Part shown: piece after piece, positions 1 through 12,500 of the stretch | How positions within the stretch are numbered: the stretch's first letter is position 1 | How the letters are laid out: every line of letters begins with the position of its first letter | Origin: Antedon mediterranea | Lineage: Eukaryota > Animalia > Echinodermata | NCBI RefSeq assembly: GCF_964355755.1 | Contig: NC_092679.1 | Span: 3,750,201-3,814,200, forward strand | DNA length: 64,000 nucleotides | Direction of reading: 5' to 3' | Position numbers and translations under genes: made by a program | The notes under the pieces: model-generated | Told to the model about the DNA's origin: nothing | The model's database searches: none | Seen by the model: only the letters and a program-made list of their open reading frames with translations

Positions 1-267
1 TTATCATAATTTACCATAAAACGTACATTTAAGACAAGGAATGACATGGTTTAATGTTTTTAAAGTGATATATATGTATTATTTTCCGAAAAACGTCCAA
101 AATTGCAGGGAAGGGGTCTTTAATCTAGTCCTCAAGCTTAACCAGATCACAACCATGTCCAACAATGCTTAACATCGGTAATCTAATGAAAGGCGGTGTT
201 TCAGCTCTGTATGGTTAGTAAATGGCATTCTGTCTTTAATAAAAAGTGAAGCCCTCAATCATTTCAG

Positions 268-528
268 ATGAGGAAGATGCTTTGATAGTACCAACAGACA
301 TGGACAACGCTTGCATCGCTCAGACTTGGTTCAGATTTCTGCACATCTTATCCAATCCAGTCGACCTTTGCAAGCCTAAAGTGGTTAGCCAAACACCTAT
401 GTTTATCCAAGCAGCATTTAACAGTGAGGAGGTTATTGATCCAAATCAACACCCGTGTCTAAGTGCTTTGCCGAAAAACTTTCTGCTCGCAATGAGAGGC
501 ATTGCAAATCTTTCCGATGCTTTTATTG
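268..528 (+). CDS. RALGAPB: RALGAPB exon (DEEDALIVP...LSDAFIG)
   Basis: ttcag acceptor, gtgaga donor, phase 1-1; [15 protein letters not shown]. Confidence 0.88.
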
Positions 529-3500
529 GTGAGACCTAATAACTTCATTACTTTTTTAAACATTTAGTAAAACTTTAAAAAAAAATGTTATACTGTACAA
601 AATATTTAAAGATTGGTAAAACTATAATTGTATTTTTGTATGTATTTTATTCTATTTAAAAAAAATGATATTTCTCTTTTGGATAAATAGATTAATGAAA
701 ATGAAAAATGTGTATGACCCAGGGAAGAACAACCATGAGTTGATCGTGGCCCCATGGATAAATAAAGTTGGATTTTATTGTATTCATAATAATACTTCAT
801 AACTTTAAATGTGTATATGACTGTAAGTTGTTGTTTTGGTATTTCATAGGTGAGGCTGATAGAGGTGTACCTGGGGATATGAACTCACAGAACAAGACCC
901 CACCTCCGACATCAAAAGCATCCAAAATAAACCACTCCACTTCAGTGTACCATAAACCCAGCAAATCAGTTACCCCTTCTCCACAGCTAACCCCCACCCC
1001 CGAAGGAGCAAATTTGACCCAATTACTACAGATGGAAAAGCGGTCACAGTGTAATAGTTTACTACACTTGTTTGGTGCATGGCTGTTTGAGGGTGCCGTT
1101 TCTGGATGTAAGTTTCACTCGGTTAAGCATGGTGAAGGGAGTATTGGGGGTAGTAAACCTCGCCGCGTCCATTTTGCTGTCTCATCATCTGAATCACCCC
1201 ATGGTATGTATTTTCACAAATTATATAATCTACTAATCATTATAATAATCATAATTAATTAATAAATAGATTCTGAAGTATAATAATAATACATGGTTCC
1301 CAAAAATAAAAAAATAATAAAAAAAGATTAATGCTAGCTAAATTAATCCAGGTTATAGGTTAATTTAATGTGTGTATGTCATAACAAATTAATTTTTACA
1401 ATTAATAATATTGTATTTATAGCTTTCAATATAACCAATGCTTTCCTCCTTGTTGCCTCTTCTGTTAACCATTTTGAGATTGAGGTTTATGAATATATAT
1501 TTAAAAAATATCTGTTATGCTTACTCATTCAAAAACAAAGAGTTCAACTACTAATGCTACAACCCCTACTGTCAATGTATACGGTGCACGGTACCACCGC
1601 TCAAATTTGTTACCGCTTTTTCTTACCTAACCTTTTCAGGTCTCATGGCCCTTAAGGCTGCAGTGGTAACTGCATTTGAATCAGTGTAAAATTACTTCAT
1701 TCCTCAGCAGTTTTTAAATACAGGGATACCTGAATAAATCTATGCAAAATACCCTTTTACGTTCTGCCTAAAACACAGTACAAAACTCTAAAAATAATTG
1801 GATCATTTTTTACTGATTTTTATTACAATGTTTTCCTGTTACAGAATCCTATTGGCATGGGGAAGAACAGATATATATGAAAGGAAAAAGTTTATATTTT
1901 GTTAAATAATAATTTTGTTTAGAAAACAGCAGCATGAGACAGTGCATGTAATTGCATTACCCCCTTTGTTATTTCTGTTTTATGTTTATTTTAATCCTTT
2001 AATTGCATTTACTCCCTCTGTTTTGTTGATTTTGTTGAGTTGAATCCTTCTCTTTGATTTTGTCTTGATATTTTCTCCTATATTTCTTTGTTTTCCTTAA
2101 AATAGTTGTAGAACATGAATAATTAACAAAATTAACTTCATTATGTAATAATGATTAATATTTGCTGTTTCCATTTGGGACATTCTTAATGTAAACGGCA
2201 GACTATTATTACAGAATAGAGGAGACAAATTTTCATAGTTGTCAAGTTTTTAGTTTAAAACCATGTTCTTGCACACATCTGCTTTCTAATCCAATCTGAA
2301 CAATAAATCCTGTGTAGTACTGTGGCAAAACCCTACTTCAAAACACACACGCTTTTTCGTAAAATCCAAAACCGTGCCTGATTAAATAAGCCTCTAGACA
2401 CCTAGAGTGAGTCGCGCTAGGGAAGTGGGGTGAAGGGCTCTTATTGGTGAAAGTGTTCTTTTACTTTTGAGTGTGCTTATCCAAGCTAAGGATTCTTATT
2501 TAAGTAGAACTCCTATTCAAACGAGTATGGTTTGTTTTGTGTTTCTGTGCACTGTTTTTATGCTAGTACTATAAACATACCTGTATACAGTACTAACTAA
2601 TTTTTTCACTCTGTAAGAAAATTGTCTAAGAATCAATTTTGTAATGATATGTCTGCCTTTTGAAACAAATGTCCCAATACAACATAAATAAAGATAATTA
2701 CATTTTATCAATAATTATATATTATAATATTAAGTAATTTTAAAATAAACTAATTTCGATCGCTCTTGATTTTGTAATTTAATTTTAAAAACTAACACCC
2801 CTAATATTGAACATTTTTAACAAACTTTTAAAAAAATGTAGACAAATTACTTGAGGCCAAATTCTTAATTTTATAAAATTTCATTTATCATTTAACACTA
2901 AATTTTAATACATTTTGGTTTTTGCTAATTGATCATTGTGCTTTATCATTTTGATTTTATTAGCTTAATTTTCAATCATATCAGTTTAATATTTGTTTAA
3001 TAAAATCTCAATTTTATTTTTTATCAATTCATTTTTTGTTAATCCAAGTGAATTTTCATTAAACATGATAATCAATATCTATTAATAATTAATATCATTA
3101 ATATTACATTTTTTTCTGCTTCTGTTCTTCAGCATCTATGGGTGAGTTTAATTCTTTTCCAATCAATACTATTTTTGGTTTTTTAATTTTATCCAAGTCA
3201 TTCAAAAAGTTTTAATTTGCCTTCATCTAGATAATGATTACTTTCATGTTTATTTGTTCCATTTTCATTACTCCACTGTATCTAGTTTTTAGGTTAAACA
3301 TTTTAAAGAATAATTAAAGAATTTTGGCACACAAACATGTGTGGATGTATACTAATTTCCATATCTATATCTATACTGTATCTGAAGACGTCTAGGGATA
3401 GATTGTAAATGTGGATGAGAAAAAAAAAACTAAATTATGGGTATCCTTCCTTGGGTGAATGATGTGTTGATATGAGGCTGTGAAGAAGGTTTTAAATTAA

Positions 3501-6500
3501 GCTGTAAAGTTTGGGGGAAGTAAGTATTTGAGGGTGGGTGTCCCTGTCAACCTCTTCTCTTTAGTTTCATGTGTAGATTTGCTTTTTATTAAAATACTGG
3601 AAGTTATTATTTAATATTTTCATTGTCATGTGCATGTACTTATTGCTTAATTTAAATATTTAATGCATGTAGCAGCTATTATAACTATTACTATTAACAG
3701 CTATAATTAATGTTGTTGTTTGGTGTAGTTTGTCGCCAGATATGCAGTTGGCAATTTACTATCTTACATATGAACATGTGCTTGTGTTCTAATTTTTAAT
3801 TAAAGCTGACACAAATCTGATATTATTTTTAGCAATCATTCAAGTGATTTATTTATATTAGAAGATGTTAAAACAAGATATAAAATAATGCCCATGTAAA
3901 TTTCCCAGGGTAACCTTATTCCGCAGGTTAAGCCTATTGTCCAGGGTAAGCTTATTTCCCAGGGTAAGCTTATTCCGCAGGTTAAGCCTATTGTCCAGGG
4001 TAAGCTTATTTCCCAGGGTAAGCTTATTACTCAGGGTAAGCTTATTGCCCAGGTAAGCTTATTGCCCAGGTTAAGCTTATTGCCCAGGGTAAACCTATTG
4101 CCCAGGGTAAACCTATTGCCCAGGGTAAGCTTATTGCCCAGGGTAAGCTTATTGCCCAGGGTAAGCTTATTACCCAGGGTAAGCTTATTGCCCAGGGTAA
4201 GCTTATTGCCCAGGGTAAGCTTATTGCCAGGGTAAGCTTATTACCCAGGGTAAGCTTATTTCCCAGGGTAAGCTTATTACCCAGGGTAAGCTTATTGCCC
4301 AGGGTAAGCTTATTGCCCAGGTTAAGCTTATTGCCCAGGGTAAACCTATTTCCCAGGGTAAGCTTATTGCCCAGGGTAAGCTTATTACCCAGGGTAAGCT
4401 TATTTCCCAGGGTAAGCTTATTTCCCAGGGTAAGCTTATTTGCCAGGGTCAGATTATTTCCCTGCATGGGCTTTCCTCCAGAGTTTTCCCAGGGTGAGTT
4501 ATTCCTCAGTGTATTTACCCATATTAGTACGGTAATAATTTTTTTTATTCAACTTTATTAGGTCGTTTGGCAAAGGAGCGTCATTCAATTGCGACACCCG
4601 ATTCCCATCGTATGAGTGGGCGACGTGCAGCTCAAGCTGCTGAAATCCGCAAAGCATCAGAAATATTACCTTCTGACATAACTGCTATCTTGTCACCGTA
4701 CAAACGACATGACATATCAGAATCGCCGAATAATTACGAAGCGGGGAGAGCAGAGGCTTGTGGTGCTCTGTGTCGTATATTCAGTAATTACAACCAAGGA
4801 GAAAGCATACTGCCTGTGTATTTGTCACGATTTTATCTGACTTTGAGTCAAGGATTAAAAATAGATGAGGTATCTCTTTCAGTATTGTTTTTCTATTTTA
4901 TTGAATTCTGTTTTTTGAAGCAACAATGTGGCACTACTTCCAAGATACCATAACTTTCAAAGTAACAACATAGTTCAAGCAAGGCAATCTAACAACAGGA
5001 CACTGAGCTCGCTTTGCCAAGATAGGAACTTGTAACAGTCCTTTGATCTTATGTCTGGCTGCGACAATAGTACTGTACTATCTACATATTCTCCGCGACC
5101 TGCCGTGTTTGTTAAGGGGAAACTGATGGTGTCGCAGCCACAGATAAACCTTTGATCTCCGGAGCTCAGCATCCTGTTGTTAAATTGCTTTGGTTCAAGT
5201 AGTAACATGCTCCAAGTAAGAGTCTGTCTGCCACACCCCTAAAAAGGGGATGGTTTATTACCCTAAAATTGAACATTTCTTTTATCTTTTTTTTTTAGAC
5301 GGTCAGCGGTTTGGTAATGTCCAGTATACTGTACAATTCACAAGATCTGTTTCGAATCGATTTGAAGGGTGTGTCACTTGTTCTTCCTCATTTCATCTCA
5401 GCCCTTGAAATGGTGCTTCCGGAAAAGGAACTGAAATTTAAGTGAGTTCTTATCTTTATTCATAAAAATGTATTACATTTTATACTAGATCACTGAAAAC
5501 TGTTTGGATTATGTACGGCTGCTTAATGTGTCCCTGATTGTTTAATTAGGTTCCTCTGGTTCCCAGAACAAAACATAATTATTATGTAGAATTTCATCAT
5601 TTTTATTTTTCAGGTCGATCGTTTCTCAGCAACAGCTACGACAAGCGTCAATCCATCTCCTTCTATCTATGTTATGTATACCACATCATTTTAACACACT
5701 GTCTATGATGGGTAAGTTCTTCTTAAAGGTGACAGACGATCTTAAACTTGTGCCAACACAGTTTTCTAAAATCATGACACATGTTTTTATCATTTTTTTT
5801 GCTCATTCTTGTTTAACTTTAGATTTAATGACTGGTAAACCAATGAGAACCTCCGGTATGTTTGGAGAGAATGAAAAAGTAATGACATTCAGGTCACTGA
5901 AATTGGAGATTGTAAACCTCATGATAGGAGCACTGCAGTGTGAGCTGGATCCTGTTAATACTCAGATGCTTCTTGGTAAGGATAGTAAATGCACAAATAT
6001 GGTAGTGATATGCTTAATATTGTAGTGATATGACGTCATCATGTCCATATATGGCACATTACATTTATTTGTCACATAAAGTTTTATAGTGTAGACAGAG
6101 CTTAATAAATATTATTTCAAATGCCATATTGCATTTTTTAGGTGCAATCCACTTGTGCATCTTGGACTCGTCACTTTGTGAAGATATTGAAGCGAAAGAA
6201 GAACAGAAAAAGAAGGAGGATTCTCACAAGTATGATTTATAAATTACTGTTTAATCACAAATTAAATTCATGTCCTATTTTTTTATTTTATATATTAAAT
6301 TTTTTTGTAATTGTTCTTTTGATCAGAGATCTAGGTACCACTATTTTGGAAGAGGTGATGGAGAAACAAAACAACCAATCAGAAAACACAACAAGTAAGA
6401 TTATGATTGTTCTAAATAAGGATGGTATCTCTACCAATCAGTTTCTTCAAAGCATGTCATGTGCTCGATTTGCCCGGTTGCTATAGTAACATTAATAGTT

Positions 6501-9500
6501 TATTTAACCTTTCAAAATAACTATCACTGTATAATTTATTTGAGTTATGTTATTTATGAGTTATTTTTTTGGCATTCATTAATAATATTGATTATAGAAC
6601 ATGCATTTAAATATTAATTTTTAATATCTTCATTTTTAATTATTTTTTTCAATATTCAGTTACATTTTGCATTTGTCACATATTATAATAGTAGAATATG
6701 AAAAATGAATGAAAGTTATATAATTCAGATTTTTTAATGTACTTTAAAAGCCATTCTATATTTTTAAAATCATGGTTACCATTTTTGTAATGTACTCAGT
6801 TTTATGCTCCTCAACTATTTAATATAATATTTGTAATTGTTCATCTTTCCATATAGTTGGTAATCTTTCATATTTACATTTCATAATACTTAACCTCTTT
6901 AATATTTTTCTTACAAATAGTTATCATTTTTATCATATTGCATTTTTACTCATATGCACATTTTAGTATTTTATTCGGTTTTTTCTCATACGATTTTTAT
7001 TTACAGATAAAGTGTTCCTGACCCACCAACGTAGCAGTAGCGAGCCTATCGTGGATTTGAAACCGCTTACAAGTGGTAGGAGTCATCCAGTTGGCCCCTA
7101 CCTTGGTACCGATTCTTGTAATTTCGGCATGCAGCATGGCCCATTGTTGATCTAGGCCTAAGCAAATCGTTGCTTAACCTGCTGATAGCCTAACTAACCA
7201 CTGCTGCCGAACTTACAAACTTATGCCTAGCCCTCTTATGAATCGGTCACCATGATAAGCAATAGTTATAGCCTTAAATATCCTAAAATTATAATTGTGA
7301 ACACAAAAAGGTGCATAGTTGAAACCAGTTTGTAACAGAGTACTGTTGCCCAACCAATCTGGTGTTGCAATTTAGAACTTATGTCTGCCTTACCTCCCCA
7401 CTGTACACCCATTTTTTAAAATCTAAATATATTTTTTATTATATTCTTACCATATTAAACAATAAAATTCCCACCTATTGCAATCTGGTGAGTTGTTCTG
7501 AGGAATAGGAAATTGAAAAACTATTGAATGGAAAATTGTTCTAAAAATAAAATGTGTGGTTTATTCAATACTGTATTCATTAAACTAATCATTTTGCCAT
7601 TTATATTGAAAACATTTATAAAATTGCAATAACCTTATTAAGAAAACAGTGTTTGATTATACACTTTTATCTTATTTAATTCATTTATTTTTATTGAGGT
7701 TTTTCAACATAATAAATACTGCATGCGGATTTGAATTTTCATTGCATGTTAAAACTAATAAATTTCATATTTCTAATAATTCATTGATTAATTTCTAACA
7801 TAATAAAAGTGTTATTTTAAACATTAAAATAGTATGAATGTAACTTCAAAGTTACGAGGGTACATTTTGAGAATTCTCAAATTGTGTTCTGGCTCTTTTT
7901 TGAAGTGATATTCATATTCAATCTAAATATTATTGCATAATGTTATTTAGATATTTACCAGTCTATATTTATATACTGCTTAAATAATATATATAATATA
8001 AACATTTTATCCAACTTTAAAATAACGTTAAACAAAAATGTTAACTACATAGCAATAATATATGGTAGAAATCACAGCAAATATAAGTATCTCATCTATA
8101 CCATAATTACAATATGATTTTTTAATATGCTTTTTTTATTATTTTAAAACTATTAAAACAGACACTTCTTGGAGGATTTTTGTGCGTTGTACCCATCTTG
8201 TATGTCAGCGTTTAATGTCAGTTTGGTCGACAAGCGAATACAAGTATTACAATGTATCCCTGGCAGCGTTAGAACTTCTATCAGGCCTAGCCAGAATAAA
8301 TACATGTGTAGAAGGTTGGTATCTATTTTCGGCTAAATTTGGGATAATTCATGACCTATTTGTGGTAATATTTTATTTTATTACCCAGCGTACTGTGTCT
8401 CTACTGCAAAAACCCAAATAAGGTAAAAAAACCATGAGATATAAAAGCAACAGAACACTTAACCATGCGTGTCTAAACGCTGGAGTTTTGCTAAGTAATG
8501 TGAAAGGGGTATTATTTTGTTATGTGATAGCTGTTAAGCTCTGTTTACACTACCAAACTTTATGTGACAACAAAATGGGATGTGCCCATATATGGACGTG
8601 ATAATGTCATATCACTACCATATTTGGGCACATCACATTTTTAGTCGCATGCAACGCGACTCTACAGCTCACTATGACGGTCGGTCGGTCGGTTGGTAAA
8701 CACTAACTCAAATTTGAGCACGCGACTTCAGCCATGTATATGGCCTTGTTTTGTGACATAATGATTGATAGTGTAGACAGAGCTTTTGATTGTGGACAAA
8801 AAAAAACAATTTACAGTAAATTTTCTGTATTTTTGTACATTTCAGATCAGTTAGAATGCAAACGTGCTGTTCGCTGGATATGTGAGCATATCGTGCATCT
8901 TTGTAGTAAACCATCTCCGCAGCATTCAAAGATTCTGCATTCTATCATAGTAGCCGCATTCCAGTGTTTGACTGTCTGGATTGTCAACCATGAATATCTT
9001 CTGAAAGACAAGGTACTTGTATTCAAAGAGCTAGGTGGTACAATGGTATCAATCAGAAGGATCGTAGATAGCAATCATAAGATCCCTACCTGTATAGGGA
9101 ATGTTCCATTTCCTTTCGAGGGATGCCCATATTTGGGAATGATGGGACTCTATGATATGATCAACACAGAAATGATCAACAACTCTTTACTGAATAGTGT
9201 ACAGGTTTCTTCATCGTGCACATGTATGTAGATACACAGGACCATGTCCCATCTGAAGAACAAGAAGAATGAGAGTAAAGGAATAATTGCATATAATAAC
9301 TAGAGGGTACTCCAAGAGTACAAACCTCCGTCTACTGTAAAATTCCCCTACATAAAATGCCCCCTGAATATTTTTTTTTTACATTTTTTTTTATTAGTTC
9401 TAAGTGTAAATATGTTAACTGCACACTACAAAGTTGTGGATGACAGTGTGGTGTAATGGTTATGTATCCAGCCTCTCACAGTTGACATCGCTGGTTCAAG

Positions 9501-12500
9501 TCCCACTGAGGGTTTTTTTTTTTTATTATTTTTTTATTTCTTTTTTTTTAGTTTTTTGTGGACCTTGATCTTTGACCCTGACCCTTCAAAATATAACCAC
9601 AATTATATGATGTGTCATCGATCATTGTGGCTCAGTTTGGTGAGAATCGGATAAAAACTGTGGTCTCTAGGCAGTAAAATAGTTTTTTGTTAGTTGTGAC
9701 CTTGACCTATGACCTTTTCCCCTCAAATTCGAACTCGTCCGAGCTTTTAGGGCATAGATCATTGTTGCCAAATTTGGTGAGAATCGGATAAAAACTGTGG
9801 CCTCCAGGCTGTTCACAGACACACACACAAACACACAAACACACACACACACACATACAGGGGTGAAAACATAACCTCCTTGGCGGAGGTAATAATAATA
9901 ATGGTAGTCTTATATAGCACCTAATACAATGTTTCTAAATGCTTTACACACAAAATGACCCATACTAATATCCTAAAATAACCAAAAAAACAAAGAAAAG
10001 CAGAGGAACCATTTACACCGCTCTGTTCTCCAGCACTTTAAAACTTCCATATGAGAGCTCGTCAGAAACAGTATTCACAGGAGCTCGAGTTTATACAGGT
10101 AGATAGACGTGACTCATAGACTATCAACACCATTGTTTGTTATGTGTTGCATGTAAAAATTATTGATGGTTTTTTTTTTTGTAGGAATGTTTGCACTGTG
10201 TTTTAGAAGTGATTGAGCTTGGTATATCAGGTAGCAAGTCACGACCCAAGGGATGTGTTCCTCCGGTTTATAAACATGAGAAGGAACTGAAACCAGCATC
10301 AATGAGGGTGAAGGACGCTGCAGAGTCTGTGCTTGCTTGTCTACTCAATCATGTGGTAAATTGTTACTCGGAAAAATTTGCCAATTATAGTACTGTACTT
10401 GTTTTGTTTGTATGTTAGCATGATAGCGCCTACAATTTTCAAGTTACCATTCTGAATTTTTTGGTGTAAATAGGTATATACTCACAGAACATGCCTATTG
10501 GAATTCAAGAAAACCTGTTCATTAATAACTTCACAAATAAAAAAAAATAAAGTAAAAAAAATGTATCTTTCAACATTTTGCCAAGTACTACTATCATTTT
10601 ATTATTTATTTTCCTCAAAATAGAAAGGCAGTGATGTCTCTTTAGATAAATTATTGCAAAAACACGTTCATTAGCTTTGAGGCCATTTAGATTAATTTGA
10701 TGTGTAAATATAACTGTAATTTAAATCTTAATCCTTGTCAAGAGAACCGAGAAGGAGATTGAGCTCTGCCAACTAACTAATATTACAGAATGCTATCCCA
10801 AAGTGAAAGCAGTAATATTTATTTATATTTGGTTTATTTTGATGTTTTTTAGGGAAGTTTCCCCTCTCCGATGGGTCCTTCATCTGTTGTATCCTTGCTG
10901 GACGAGGAATCCATCCTGAAGTTGGTGAAGGAGAAGTCGTCTAATGTGACATTCAAGTATTTTGTTCTGGAGAACAACACACTGCTAGCCATTCTAGAAC
11001 ACCCTGTGGCAGAAGAAAAACGTATGTTTAATTTACTTTAACTTTCTAAAGCTCTGTCCACACTACCAAACTACTTTGACAGAAATGTGTGATGTGCCCA
11101 AATATAATATCATCGTGTCCATATATGGGCACATCACATTTTGTTGTCACATAAAGTTTTATAGTGTAGACAGAGCTGAAGAGAGCTGTTTCAAATAAAG
11201 TTTTCTATTCTTTTCCCCTCTTCTATATTTAGGAAAAGTCATCCATCTTTAAGTACTAAATCTAATTTGCAAATTCTCATTCCATCAAAGCTCTAAGCAT
11301 TTTATCGTCTTAATTACATTTTACATTGGTTTTTTTCCAGATCCTCTTCCTACTGCCACCATACTTCTTCGCGGTCTGATGGGTCGTCATGCATGGGTTG
11401 TTCAACAACGCCATTGGCCGAAATCGGAGAAAGTAAGAAACATTATTTTTATCAAGAAGTTGTGTGTATTTTTGTTCTAGTCTTTTAAACATTTTTAATA
11501 TAATTCTGTTCTACTGTACCTATTAATTTAGGAGGCAGCGCAAGAACGTTTAAAATATCCAGCCCGCCCTCAACCAATGGACAATGTTGGCACTCATCAT
11601 GAAATCACATCACGAAACTTTCCTGAAATGGTCGACAAAATCCAGCTAACAAATGCGTAAGTAAACATCAACATTCATCATTAAAATTTTGTAGTGTAGT
11701 ACTACACATTTTGGGAAATAAATTTGGATCTCTTATAAGTGAAAGATTTTTACGATCGTCCTAAAGAAAATTATAAGAAAAATATTATACATATAGTCTA
11801 TGAAGAATTTGATATTTAAAAAAAAATATTTTAGTTAGTTAGTGTTCGGAAACAATTGCTAATGAAGAACCAATGCTCTGCCAAAACAGTGTTTTATTTT
11901 TGTTTATTACATACCATATTAAAAGTCTTTTAGTCAGAAATGATAGATTTCATCTTTCATCATAAAATTTTAATAGTTTATCAATGACTTTTATTGCATA
12001 GTGATAGAAGTATTCCAACAATGTCGAACATTGAAACGGAACAATCAAAAACGGACCATGAAGCTTTGAAAGTTTTACTAGAAAAACAGATAAAATATGA
12101 GGAATGTGTGAAATCATCAGCAGAAGATGAGCTGGCTAATGTTGCCTTCCCAAACCCTAGGACAGAAGCCAAACCTCCTAGGCCTAAACAAGAGTTTAGC
12201 CCTGCTAGGCTACTGTTATCACACCTTGGATTTCTCACGTTAGGTACATTAAAAGTAAGTATTTTCCAAACCCTGTATGATGTATTAATACAATGTAGGC
12301 TTCATTTGGCTATGAAGCTATAAAGTGTAATAGCTGCATGGTTTTACCAAGGGAGTTGTAATTAATTAGTTACTAATCTAATTACAACTCCCTGGCTTAC
12401 CTCACTAAACTAATTCTATCTAAATTTACAACCAGGAACCAGCTAATAGCTCTGTACCGCCTTCATTAGTCATGTTAGACTCCACACAGCCTGGATTTGA

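Noticed and set aside
1640-1889. Additional acceptor-like sites in the RALGAPB intron (1640 with ctaac branch point; 1845 giving a 45-nt in-frame stretch)
   Set aside because: Donors are weak or out of phase and there is no recognisable homology; cannot be supported without RNA data.
4042-4561. ORFs with GNKLTL / LPRVSL repeats
   Set aside because: Translation of an 18-bp minisatellite inside an intron.
4870-4877. U12-type donor (gtatctct)
   Set aside because: Deviates from GTATCCTT and no TCCTTAAC branch site precedes the acceptor, which has an ordinary poly-T tract.
4977-5190. Hammerhead ribozyme in the foldback repeat
   Set aside because: No CUGANGA...GAAA core in the correct order on either strand.
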